Shown here piece by piece: positions 1 through 9,617 of a stretch of 56,411 nucleotides of DNA; positions within the stretch are counted from its first letter, which is position 1; each line of letters opens with the position of its first letter. The stretch comes from a virus (lineage: Duplodnaviria > Caudoviricetes): positions 1-56,411 of the IMG/VR virus record IMGVR_UViG_3300003873_000009; one strand, written 5' to 3'. The notes below the pieces were generated by a model, which worked only from the letters and a program-made list of their open reading frames with translations, did no database searches and was not told the origin of the DNA. The translations under genes and the position numbers were made by a program.

Positions 1-2943
1 ATCTACTTCATTAATAGCATTAACTAAACTAGATTGATCTGTAGTTGTTAACGTAGTTAAATCACCTTCTACACCAGTAGCTCTAGTGATTTCATTATTT
101 AGATTAGTTTGTAATGTATTAACTGCAGAGTCTACATATGTAGTTAATGCATAATCATCGATATTATATTGTTCTGTTGTATAGATTCTAAAATCTTTAG
201 TTCCTGGATTTCCATTTCCATCTACATCAGGAAAATATTTTCTTACTACAGGATCTAGTCCATAATTTAAAGCCTCTGTTGAATATAATGCTACTTGAAC
301 ATCTATATCCCCGACTTGAACATCATTATTCATATAGAAAAGGGATGAACTTTGAGTAGCAGTACGTTTAATAAGGTTGACAAATTCAGAAGTATCTACA
401 GGATTTTCTTTTAGAGCTCTAATAGAAAAATTGTTATATAGAAGAATATTATCTATAACTGTTCCTTCTAATTTAATACCCTGATCCGCCTGTGAAATAT
501 TTATGTACTTAACATTAGGAGTAAGTCCAGGAAGATTAATAGCTTCTGTATTCCATTTAATAATATTATTAGATGTAATGCTACCATCATTTATAGTAAT
601 TCCTACATTTTCTACGAAGCTATAGTCAGCCTTAAGATCTAAAGCTAGTTGAGTTAGATTACTTATAGGTTTATCTAAATCTGCGGTATTATCACAATTA
701 CCTAGACCTACATCTGATTTTGTAACATTATGAGGATTTCCTACTACCTGAGCAATATGTACATCTATATGAGAATCGACTTCATTAATAGCATTAACAA
801 TTGTATCTTTAGCATCAGTAGTTAAAGATGTAAGAGTTCCTATATTAGTTGTATTAATATCGGTGTGAGAATCGACTTCATTAATAGCATTAACAATTGT
901 ATCTTTAGCATCAGTAGTTAAAGATGTAAGAGTTCCTACATTACTTTGATTCTGTAGTGCTAAGTCTCTAGTATCATAGTAGTTTTGATAAGTAAATCCC
1001 TCATCAGTATGAATCATAAAATTTGATCCATTTTTTCTTACATAGGGATCTAAGCCTGTTTCAGCAACTATAGCTGTTTTTACACCTAAATCACCTAAAG
1101 TAACCTCATTTGAAGTATCTAGTCTAATAATACTCTTAGTACTACTATATGTAGAATCATATGCGGCTAGTCCTATATTATTAGTAAGATTAATATTACT
1201 ATCTACCGTTCCTAGGATACTAACAGCTCCTGTAGATGCTCCAATTTTAACTTGTGAAATATTAGATGTCTTACCAATGTTAGTTCCGTCTACTATATCA
1301 TAACTAACTATATTTTCTATAACATCTGTATTTTCTGTTACTAAGCTTGCACCTGAATTTAATATATAACTACCTGTTCTACCGGTTCCTCCAATTCTCT
1401 CATTTAGCTTCTGTTGAAGAATACTAGGATTAGTATTTTCGCTACCATTGATATCAATCATCCCGATATCATTAATTTCAATAGTGCTATATTCTAATCC
1501 ATCCTCAGAACTCTTTACTCTAGGAAATTTATATTTTTCGCTTATATAACTATTAGGTACATCGTGTAAATCATTAAATCTTTTTTCTCCTGTAAGAATA
1601 ATTTCTGTATTTAAGTATACACCATTATCCCAAGATGCATTTAGTGAATTTAAATAAGTAATACTTATTTCATAGTAAGAGTTATCACTTCCTTGAGTAG
1701 GAACTGTATTTACTACAAATATCATATATGAACCATCTATAGCATTTCTAAATCCAATCAAGTCATCTTTTTGTAGAGCGGTAATACCTAAAGTTCTATC
1801 ATTAAGATATCTATCTTTGATAGATATATAAAGAATATCTGCTTGACTAGGATCTGTATTATTAATTCTTAATTTTTTCTCATATAAACCACCAGGATCT
1901 ATAGTCTCATTATCAAATATATAGTCAGCAGCTAAAATAGAGTTTCCGGAAGATGGTTCAAATATTAAACCTGTTTCCTCCTCATTTACTGTAGCTCTCA
2001 TTCCTTTATATCCTAGATAAGGCTTTAATGGGTCTTGAGATACTGGAGTATCTTCTAGGGAGATAAATCTAGTTTTATGTGGATTAGATCCATCTCGTAG
2101 ATTAATATGAGTTTGTATTGCTGAATCATAAGGTTCATATTCGATTTCAGAACCATTACCTGGATTATGTGAATGACCTATAAATGATTTTTGATCAAGA
2201 CCTGCTTGTAGAGTTTGCTTGTTAATGGCATCTAGATCATCGGTTGGATCCATCAAATTACGTAGGATATGATTATTAATATCTATATCACCTAACATTT
2301 TAGTAGTACCATCTCTACGTAGATAAGCATCAGGATTAACATTACCAGGAACAAGAAGCCAGCCATTTGTAGAATAAGTTAGTTGATCATTATTAAAAGT
2401 AGTTTTAGATTGAAGCTCACCTGTTTGGAATGTATATCCATTAATTTCATCTACTCCATTAATTAGAAAAAAATCCCCAGTAACTAAACCACTAATATCA
2501 GGATATTCTGCACCGGATTGTGGAGTAAATTGTCCCTTTAATGTATAAGATGTAGACTCAATTAAAGAATTATCTATTAATCCATTACTATTTGTCTTTA
2601 CAGGTCGTCCAGCTAGTCCAGTTTTATGATCTATAAAATCTGTTTTTAAATATCTATTATTTAATTCTGTTGTAAGATTCGTGATATTGTCTATTGTGTG
2701 AGAGTGAACAATATCTGCCTTAAGTGCAAGCGCATCCTTTAGATCAATCTGATCATCTATAAATCCTTGAATTTCACCCCAATTAGTATTATTTACACCA
2801 AGAGTAACCCAGTTAATTGCTTGTCCGTCGGCTGTTACATATCCAAATTCATCTGAATCTGTTGCATAAACTAACTCTCCTTCAATTGGTGGAGTCGCTT
2901 CTAATTCTAATTTAAGACCTCTTCTTAAAACTATTCCTGTCAT
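1..2943 (-). CDS. Large tail fibre protein, 3' end outside the window (not in the ORF track)
   Basis: ATG at 2943 with AAGGA RBS; reads MTGIVLRRGLKLELEATPPIEGELVYATDSDEFGY, a fibre N-terminal anchor type. Contains GNPHNVTKSDVGLGNCDNTADLDKPIS and LTTDAKDTIVNAINEV fibre motifs; segments translated in this frame, including the window edge, are open. Confidence 0.8.
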   Translation of the reverse strand, partial: MTGIVLRRGLKLELEATPPIEGELVYATDSDEFGYVTADGQAINWVTLGVNNTNWGEIQGFIDDQIDLKDALALKADIVHSHTIDNITNLTTELNNRYLKTDFIDHKTGLAGRPVKTNSNGLIDNSLIESTSYTLKGQFTPQSGAEYPDISGLVTGDFFLINGVDEINGYTFQTGELQSKTTFNNDQLTYSTNGWLLVPGNVNPDAYLRRDGTTKMLGDIDINNHILRNLMDPTDDLDAINKQTLQAGLDQKSFIGHSHNPGNGSEIEYEPYDSAIQTHINLRDGSNPHKTRFISLEDTPVSQDPLKPYLGYKGMRATVNEEETGLIFEPSSGNSILAADYIFDNETIDPGGLYEKKLRINNTDPSQADILYISIKDRYLNDRTLGITALQKDDLIGFRNAIDGSYMIFVVNTVPTQGSDNSYYEISITYLNSLNASWDNGVYLNTEIILTGEKRFNDLHDVPNSYISEKYKFPRVKSSEDGLEYSTIEINDIGMIDINGSENTNPSILQQKLNERIGGTGRTGSYILNSGASLVTENTDVIENIVSYDIVDGTNIGKTSNISQVKIGASTGAVSILGTVDSNINLTNNIGLAAYDSTYSSTKSIIRLDTSNEVTLGDLGVKTAIVAETGLDPYVRKNGSNFMIHTDEGFTYQNYYDTRDLALQNQSNVGTLTSLTTDAKDTIVNAINEVDSHTDINTTNIGTLTSLTTDAKDTIVNAINEVDSHIDVHIAQVVGNPHNVTKSDVGLGNCDNTADLDKPISNLTQLALDLKADYSFVENVGITINDGSITSNNIIKWNTEAINLPGLTPNVKYINISQADQGIKLEGTVIDNILLYNNFSIRALKENPVDTSEFVNLIKRTATQSSSLFYMNNDVQVGDIDVQVALYSTEALNYGLDPVVRKYFPDVDGNGNPGTKDFRIYTTEQYNIDDYALTTYVDSAVNTLQTNLNNEITRATGVEGDLTTLTTTDQSSLVNAINEVD
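770..938. repeat. 73-bp exact direct repeat, 96-bp (32-aa) period, inside the tail fibre
   Basis: 770-842 equals 866-938 (GTLTSLTTDAKDTIVNAINEVDS); a diverged third copy lies at 1-66. Confidence 0.9.
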
Positions 2944-2957
2944 TTTTACTTCCTTTA

Positions 2958-3536
2958 TTAATTTCCACAATTTGGATTTGGTTCATTTCCGTCTATGATA
3001 TCTAAATTTCCATCAATAAAATTACTATCACCATAAACTCTACAATCTAAAATAATACCATCTCCCCTCTCATTAATGTTGTAATCGGTATTAAAGCTAA
3101 TAGTAAATTCTTTTTTATAACTTTCACAAGTATTTATTACTTCTTGTTTATCATTAAAATCTATGCTAAAAGAACTATCAAATCCTCTAATATATTGTAA
3201 GCACGGATCTTCCTGTTCAATAAAAGAATCAATTGTAATATATCCATTATTACATTTTACTAAGATACCACCAATATGTACTAAATCACCTGATGATAGA
3301 TCTTCATTTATTTGTTTAGTTTCTAATTGAAAGCTTCTTCTAAATACATCAAGATATATATTGATATTTTTATATTCTGTAGGATCTGAATTATCTAAGC
3401 AATCAAATTGTATAATAGAATCGTTAACATATCCTATAACTCTATCTCCCTTAAAAGAACCACCCTTTACAAAAATCTCTCCGAATTGTAAGGATTTATC
3501 TTTATCTATAGAGATCTCACCTGTTAATACATACAT
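2958..3536 (-). CDS. Hypothetical tail-associated protein
   Basis: 192-aa ORF packed within the fibre operon. Confidence 0.6.
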   Translation of the reverse strand: MYVLTGEISIDKDKSLQFGEIFVKGGSFKGDRVIGYVNDSIIQFDCLDNSDPTEYKNINIYLDVFRRSFQLETKQINEDLSSGDLVHIGGILVKCNNGYITIDSFIEQEDPCLQYIRGFDSSFSIDFNDKQEVINTCESYKKEFTISFNTDYNINERGDGIILDCRVYGDSNFIDGNLDIIDGNEPNPNCGN

Positions 3537-3539
3537 AAA

Positions 3540-4052
3540 TTACTCTTTTATTTTCGTAATAATCTCTACTTCATCACCTTTATTAAGAGGAGTAAGCAAA
3601 GTAATAGAGCTTCCTGTATTAGCTACTACTTGAGATTTTTTAATCTTTCTACCGTTAACATATACCTCTACTAGATCTTCTGAGTATTCACATGCAAAAA
3701 CGTTTTGTCCACTATTAGCAGTATATTCAAAATTCTTTTCTATCTCTTTATTTGGAGATATTTTATTAGAAATTTGAGTTAAGAATCTACGCTCTTTAGG
3801 TTGATTTATTTGTGATATATAAAGACCATTCTCTTCAGGAGTTGAATTTGTAATTACTACAAGAGATCCCTCAAAAATATCAGGATTATCTTGTTCCTCG
3901 AATTTATCTAAATTATTAAATTTAGCTATCGATACTTCCTTATCATCAAAGATATCTGTGATAAACTGACGTATAGTAGCAGCAGTAATATTTCCTACAG
4001 TATTATCAGCAAATAATCTTAGTAAAATATCTTTTTTTGTATTATTGGTCAT
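3540..4052 (-). CDS. Virion structural protein; N-terminus paralogous to 7789-8646
   Basis: LFADNTVGNITAATIRQFITDIFDDKEV matches LFPDNNNYEITAADMRIYIEAIFGDKEV; C-terminal beta module (YTANSGQNVF...VYVNG...GDEVEI); late promoter at 4075-4082. Confidence 0.65.
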   Translation of the reverse strand: MTNNTKKDILLRLFADNTVGNITAATIRQFITDIFDDKEVSIAKFNNLDKFEEQDNPDIFEGSLVVITNSTPEENGLYISQINQPKERRFLTQISNKISPNKEIEKNFEYTANSGQNVFACEYSEDLVEVYVNGRKIKKSQVVANTGSSITLLTPLNKGDEVEIITKIKE

Positions 4053-4097
4053 AAATAAGCCTCTATTTTTTATATATTTATAAAGATAAAAGATCTA

Positions 4098-4457
4098 TTA
4101 TAGAGGTGTTTTATATTTTATCCTATGATATAGTCTAACAGCTCTTATCATAATTTTAGTACGAAAACTATCTTCAATAGTAATCAGCATATCTTCAAAT
4201 ATATCATCTGCTAGCTTATATTTCTCTATATCACAAAGATAATCATGAAAAATAACTGCTGGAAGATATTTAGGTTTAAATGGAGGAATAAACCACCAAA
4301 AGATTCTTGGAATATCAGCCCCATTAGTTTTATACCCCTTTGGAACTTTTACTATATTCTTATCAATCTTATAATAAATATTTTTTTGAACTATATATTT
4401 GTTATCTGGTGTAGGTGATATTTTTATTTTATATAGATTATCTTTTTTTAAATACAT
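4098..4457 (-). CDS. DUF1353-family protein
   Basis: VPKGYKTNGADIPRIFW...AVIFHDYLC...AD..F signature. Confidence 0.8.
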   Translation of the reverse strand: MYLKKDNLYKIKISPTPDNKYIVQKNIYYKIDKNIVKVPKGYKTNGADIPRIFWWFIPPFKPKYLPAVIFHDYLCDIEKYKLADDIFEDMLITIEDSFRTKIMIRAVRLYHRIKYKTPL

Positions 4458-4467
4458 ATCTATATCC

Positions 4468-4977
4468 TTATATAGTGGGAAATGGAGGAAGAGAAGCTAT
4501 TAACTCAGATTGAGTAGGTATAGGACTTGTTCCGTTTATAATATCATTCATACCTTGTATAGAAACATCCCAACAATCTGAACACCACTGAGCAATATCA
4601 ATACACTCTGTCTGAAATTTATTAGTATATCCAGTATATGATCTCACAGACTTTATATCATCATATCCTCTTTCTTGAGCCTTCTGATCTAGGTACTCCT
4701 GTATCCAGTACTCTAGTTCTTTTAGTCTATTTTGAAAAATTATTGATTGAACCGAGGAGTAATCCCCCTGAAGAGATTGATGATTTTCTAAAAGATCATA
4801 TGCTATCTCTTCATTAATAGAATCATCTACTTCAAAATTTATAAATTCTTTATTATCTTCTATACTAGTAAATATATTATATACTAGATGATTATATGGG
4901 AACATTTCTGTATATTTTAAAACATATGTATCTATATCTATATTAAGTGTTTTAATTATTTTAGTTTTTTTAATCAT
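4468..4977 (-). CDS. Tail fibre assembly/chaperone-like protein
   Basis: IQEYLDQKAQERGYDDIKSVRSY...W...CW...PT..ELIASLP C-terminal motif, typical of fibre-adjacent genes. Confidence 0.6.
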   Translation of the reverse strand: MIKKTKIIKTLNIDIDTYVLKYTEMFPYNHLVYNIFTSIEDNKEFINFEVDDSINEEIAYDLLENHQSLQGDYSSVQSIIFQNRLKELEYWIQEYLDQKAQERGYDDIKSVRSYTGYTNKFQTECIDIAQWCSDCWDVSIQGMNDIINGTSPIPTQSELIASLPPFPTI

Positions 4978-4994
4978 ATCTTATTTCCTATTTC

Positions 4995-5891
4995 TTATAT
5001 ACTATTTATTACTGCATTATCAATACAGAAGTCTGCTTGATATCCTGTAGCCCCACCATATTCGAATTCTATTTCTTCTACATTCATATCAGTTAAATCT
5101 AAACTAACATTATACCAGTTAGTACCTGTAGAGGTTGCAAATGTATACTGAGTCTCCCATGAACCATTTCTATATATATTAAATTTAAAAGTTCCTATAT
5201 TATTTCCCTGCATATTGAAATAAAAAGATACTGTAGTTAATTTTGAAAAATATTTAGTTCTAAGCTTATACGTGTATGCATCTGCCCCAGAAGACATTTC
5301 TGAATATATAAAATAACTCCCATCTTGCGCTGCTGAAGGTCCTGTTCCGTTAGATGGAGTAGTATTTTTTCGTATATTCCACTTCCCTGTAGTAGATGAG
5401 TTTAGTGTATTAGAAATTCCTGGATAATTTATTGGGGTAGTCCAATTTGCTAAAACTTGATTAATATCCTCAAAACTTTCAGTATAAGTACCTGCAGGAC
5501 CTGTACCTGACGGATCAGGATTATATACTAAACCATCGGTACTTATCCACTTATCTCCAACCCATACTACCGAAATACCTAGATCATTAACAAATATAAT
5601 CTCTCCTGGATATACTGCAGTAATATTTTTCATTTCAGTTGAGATAATAGATCGATGAAAGTTTATTCCCGATGAGTTAATTAATAATTCTGCATTATAT
5701 GAATCTAATGCATCTACTCCATAAATAATTAAAATACTCCCATCTTCTAAAAGAGGAAATATATCAGTAGAGTCTTTTAATTTTCCTAGCTTTATAGAAT
5801 CTAGATCAATTACCTCGTTAGGCTGAAATGTAACACCCATATCAGGAATATCTACTATCGAGCTTGTGCTGTTTTTTATTTTAAAGTACAT
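4995..5891 (-). CDS. Virion adhesin-like protein with C-terminal MAM-like domain
   Basis: ESFE...W...TPSNGTGPS...GSYFIYSEMS...FYFNMQGNNIGTF...W...DFCIDN fits the MAM consensus. Confidence 0.65.
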   Translation of the reverse strand: MYFKIKNSTSSIVDIPDMGVTFQPNEVIDLDSIKLGKLKDSTDIFPLLEDGSILIIYGVDALDSYNAELLINSSGINFHRSIISTEMKNITAVYPGEIIFVNDLGISVVWVGDKWISTDGLVYNPDPSGTGPAGTYTESFEDINQVLANWTTPINYPGISNTLNSSTTGKWNIRKNTTPSNGTGPSAAQDGSYFIYSEMSSGADAYTYKLRTKYFSKLTTVSFYFNMQGNNIGTFKFNIYRNGSWETQYTFATSTGTNWYNVSLDLTDMNVEEIEFEYGGATGYQADFCIDNAVINSI

Positions 5892-5892
5892 T

Positions 5893-6600
5893 TTAGACCC
5901 TCCATCTTATTCTTATATCTATTATTGTATCTTGAATGGTAGGACCACCACCACATTTAAGTCTTATTTTCTGTCCTGATTGTATATCTATATCTATACT
6001 ACCATCTATCTGGTAGTCTTCGGAACTAGAACCTGCAAACGAAAAAAGAGTTCCATTATCAACACCGTCTATATATAAGTCTATAGGTTTGCTTGAACTA
6101 CCTGCAGCTGAAGTCTGAGCTGTAAATCCTACTATAGTACAATTCATCGGAGCTACCCAGCCTGATAATTTATCTACAGCTCTTGATAATCCTATCCACT
6201 CAGTACTACTAAGTTTATTTTCAGACCATAATACATTCTGGGTTTCTACAGAAAGAGTCTTATTTCTATTAGAATCGTAGAATACTGGAATATTTTCTCC
6301 GCTAATAGCTCCTATCCATACTTGAGAACTTAATCTTAATCCTGCATTTCCATTAGGATCTATATTACTTGTTATAAGTCCATTTCCTGTAGATAATTTC
6401 TCACTAAGATATCCTGCTGTAGTATCTGTCTGACTAACCTTTACCTTTTCATCGGAGTTTCCTCCGCTAAATTCTATTAGATTTCCAGCACTATCTGCAG
6501 TAAATATTTTTTTGTCCGCTAACTGCCACGCCAATTCTCTCTCGCCGAGACCTGAAGGTATTGCACCTGGAGTTTCACTTCCTTTAAATTTAATTGCCAT
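5893..6600 (-). CDS. Short tail fibre/spike protein
   Basis: N-terminus IKFKGSETPGAIPSGLGERELAWQLADKKIFTAD resembles the T4 gp36/gp37 N-terminal domain; late promoter at 6656-6663. Confidence 0.7.
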   Translation of the reverse strand: MAIKFKGSETPGAIPSGLGERELAWQLADKKIFTADSAGNLIEFSGGNSDEKVKVSQTDTTAGYLSEKLSTGNGLITSNIDPNGNAGLRLSSQVWIGAISGENIPVFYDSNRNKTLSVETQNVLWSENKLSSTEWIGLSRAVDKLSGWVAPMNCTIVGFTAQTSAAGSSSKPIDLYIDGVDNGTLFSFAGSSSEDYQIDGSIDIDIQSGQKIRLKCGGGPTIQDTIIDIRIRWRV

Positions 6601-6693
6601 TTTATTCCTTATGCTTTCGCTATATCCTTTTTAGGATTTCGGATTTAATTTATTATATTTATATAATTTTGAGGGGATTTTTTAAGAAGATAT

Positions 6694-6718
6694 AATATCA
6701 GGAGTAAATCCTGATATT
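6694..6718 (-). terminator. Hairpin after the 6717-7754 stop codon
   Basis: AATATCAGGA-gtaaa-TCCTGATATT, perfect 10-bp stem. Confidence 0.55.
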
Positions 6719-7754
6719 ATGAATATAAACCGTAGTCTACATCAATAGGCATGAAAGATGCATTTAGTTTATTAGCAGACCAAGTTTTAGTAGTATTAGA
6801 AGTTGAGGCTGTATCATCTACTTCTGTTGCAGCTGCAAGACCTGCTTCAATTTTTTGTGATGAATATGTAGTAGTCGATGAGATATTACTATCATCAATT
6901 TTAGTAAATCCCATAGTATTAACATATGTATCTACTCTAGTGTCTGTATAATAAAGATTAGTACTACCTTCAGCAATATCATCAGAATTGAGAACTACAA
7001 CACCCTTTTGACCATTAACAGATTGTACTTCATTACTATTAATAGATCTCTCCCATTTCGCATCAGTACCATCATATATTACAGCATCACCTACATTAAA
7101 TGTAACAGATCCAGATCCTAAATCCTGAGTACCTGCAACAGATACAATATAGTAATCACCATTATTACCTGTACCATCTGCTAAAGAAGGGGTATTAGTA
7201 CTAGCATCCCAATGCCCTTTATATTTAACACCAGAAGTTACAAGAGCTTCAACTTTTTGTGATGAGTATAAAGTTGTAGCTGATGTACTACTATCATCTA
7301 TAGCCGCCTGAACTCTACTATCTGCTCTAGCATCTGTAAAATAAAGATTTGTAGCACCTTCTGCAAGATCATCTGTAGTAGCATTAGCCATCTTATTATC
7401 AAACATAGCCTCACCACGAGCTGTAGTCCAATATAAATTAGCACCTTCTGATAAGTTAGAAGTAGTTTTAGTACTAAACGAATTATCAAATCTTGTTTCT
7501 GTATAGTAGAAATTTGAACTACCTTCTGTAATATTATCGGTACTTAGAGTAACATCTCCATTAGCATCTGGACCTATAGTATTAACAGATAATACTGTTC
7601 CTGCTCCACCTCCTGCAATCTCTACTATATCTGTGCCATCGCTAGATGTGTATATTTTTTTATCGTATATATTTAATGCGATTTCACCTGCAAGCAAAGA
7701 ACCTGCTGCCGGAGCTCCCGTTGCAGACGTCTTTCTTTTAAACTGAATAGCCAT
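6717..7754 (-). CDS. Tail fibre protein with internal repeats
   Basis: gp37-like N-terminus (IQFKR...GEIALNIYDKKIYT); four TDxxxEGxxNLY[YFW]TxxR repeats, three DDxxxSxxxx[YW]SxxK repeats and a YKGHWDASTNTP module. Confidence 0.75.
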   Translation of the reverse strand: MAIQFKRKTSATGAPAAGSLLAGEIALNIYDKKIYTSSDGTDIVEIAGGGAGTVLSVNTIGPDANGDVTLSTDNITEGSSNFYYTETRFDNSFSTKTTSNLSEGANLYWTTARGEAMFDNKMANATTDDLAEGATNLYFTDARADSRVQAAIDDSSTSATTLYSSQKVEALVTSGVKYKGHWDASTNTPSLADGTGNNGDYYIVSVAGTQDLGSGSVTFNVGDAVIYDGTDAKWERSINSNEVQSVNGQKGVVVLNSDDIAEGSTNLYYTDTRVDTYVNTMGFTKIDDSNISSTTTYSSQKIEAGLAAATEVDDTASTSNTTKTWSANKLNASFMPIDVDYGLYS

Positions 7755-7788
7755 ATTCTTCCTTTTTTTATTTTATTTTATTTATAAT

Positions 7789-8646
7789 TTAATACTCACC
7801 ATAATCAGCAGTATTAGTCCATGACTTATACTTTCGCCAATAAACTTCTCCATTATCAGGAACATCGTCGAGTAAAATATTTTCCCAGAACGATGGAGAT
7901 ATATCTGGTTGATTACCTGAATTAGTTTGTAGTGCTCTATACATATATCCATTATACGATACTAAATTACTAGCACTATACATAATATTAGATTGCCACT
8001 CTATAGCACCCGGTATAGTAGGTTGCCACAGCTTACTTCCATCTGTATCTAGAGTTAATACATATCCTGCATTACCTGGGGGTAGTTTATCTTCTTTAAT
8101 ATCATTAAGTTGTTTACCCATACTTGCAGATAACGCATCTGTATCGGAAGAAGAGTTTAAATTATTAATTATGCTAATATTGCCTGAACTAATTAGAACC
8201 CAATATGTACCGTCAAAAGAACCAGCAGGTATAGGTGTATTCTGAATACATATATAAGCATTAGTACCCTTAGATACTATATCACCTACTAAATAATATT
8301 TAATATTATCATATTCTAATCCCCCTCGTTCAAAAGAACCAGCAGCTACGCCGGATATATTAGAGAGTTGAATTAGGTCACTAGGGTTGGTAGGTTGATT
8401 TACTTTAGATAAATATAATCCTATATTATCAGAATTAACATCACTATATATTACTACTAAGGAACCTTCATATATATTACTATTATTTGCAGGAAGATCT
8501 GAAAGATTTCTAATTTTAATTATTACTACTTCCTTATCCCCAAATATTGCTTCTATATATATTCTCATATCTGCAGCAGTGATTTCATAATTATTGTTAT
8601 CCGGAAATAGAGCAAGAATTTGATCTTTTAAATCATTATTAGACAT
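7789..8646 (-). CDS. Virion protein with two CBM5/12-like carbohydrate-binding repeats
   Basis: YDNIKYYLVGDIVS...Y.C....W and WQSNIMYSASNLVSYNGYMYRA....PDISPSFW. Confidence 0.6.
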   Translation of the reverse strand: MSNNDLKDQILALFPDNNNYEITAADMRIYIEAIFGDKEVVIIKIRNLSDLPANNSNIYEGSLVVIYSDVNSDNIGLYLSKVNQPTNPSDLIQLSNISGVAAGSFERGGLEYDNIKYYLVGDIVSKGTNAYICIQNTPIPAGSFDGTYWVLISSGNISIINNLNSSSDTDALSASMGKQLNDIKEDKLPPGNAGYVLTLDTDGSKLWQPTIPGAIEWQSNIMYSASNLVSYNGYMYRALQTNSGNQPDISPSFWENILLDDVPDNGEVYWRKYKSWTNTADYGEY

Positions 8647-8654
8647 TTATTCTC

Positions 8655-9593
8655 CTACTGAATTTTAAATTTATATAAAAGTTTCTTACCTGTAGGTAAA
8701 TCACTTTGAGGATTTTCTTCTAATCCAAATCTATTGTATAGATTAATATCTATTGATCCTGTATCTGGATTAATAACCTCCTGAATCTGATACTGATATG
8801 GAGCAAAAATCAATGAACTTACGGAATCCTTATCTTTAAGTCCAACATAACAAAAGTCATCATATATAATTTGATCGTCTGCATAATTATTATTAAAATC
8901 ATTATTAAATTGATTTCTATTTAATGGAATAGGATTAATATAAAAATCTGTTCGTCCATATCTTCCAACAAAATAAGTACTTTTATTCTCCCTCTCACTC
9001 AAAACATAGGATGCAGTACCTAAAAAATACTTCGCCCATGTTGGAGATAAAATACAAAAGCTCTCTAATGTTTTAAATGAGTGTTCATTCATCTTAATTA
9101 CACATTCGGCTACTTTAGAAGATATTTGTGAAGTAATCCATCCTGTATTACTAGTATTAATATTAATAGGAGATTCAGTAACAGAGTTATTTCTTAAATA
9201 TTCTATTAGATAGAAGTTTTCTTGATCATCGGAAATACCTCTTAGAATATTAGCAGCTTTCTGTTTCGCATTATTTTTAAAGTTGTTTAATAAATCTTGC
9301 CATACTTCTCTAGTAAAGCCTGTAGGAATTTTAATATTCTGAGTGTAAATATCTTTTCGAAGTACTTCGAAATTACTAGTTCCTGGTTTCCTAAATGTAG
9401 TATATATACTACCCCAAGTACTATTTAATTCTTGAATCTCACATACAGAATATAATAAACTATTATTATATTTTTCATCTATTAGATATGATAGAATTTC
9501 TTGAGTAGGAGAGATATCGAAAGTAGTAGAAGATTCGGTTAATTTAATACCTGAATTTTCTTTTATAGTATCTAAGACCTTATTCAAAATCAT
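8655..9593 (-). CDS. Divergent gp23/gp24-fold capsid paralog (vertex-protein-like)
   Basis: C-terminal CYVGLK...SLIFAPY...NPDTG...NRFGLEENP mirrors the T4-type major capsid C-terminus; only 312 aa; late promoter at 9606-9613. Confidence 0.65.
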   Translation of the reverse strand: MILNKVLDTIKENSGIKLTESSTTFDISPTQEILSYLIDEKYNNSLLYSVCEIQELNSTWGSIYTTFRKPGTSNFEVLRKDIYTQNIKIPTGFTREVWQDLLNNFKNNAKQKAANILRGISDDQENFYLIEYLRNNSVTESPININTSNTGWITSQISSKVAECVIKMNEHSFKTLESFCILSPTWAKYFLGTASYVLSERENKSTYFVGRYGRTDFYINPIPLNRNQFNNDFNNNYADDQIIYDDFCYVGLKDKDSVSSLIFAPYQYQIQEVINPDTGSIDINLYNRFGLEENPQSDLPTGKKLLYKFKIQ

Positions 9594-9617
9594 ACCTTTT
9601 TTAATTATTTATAAGGT

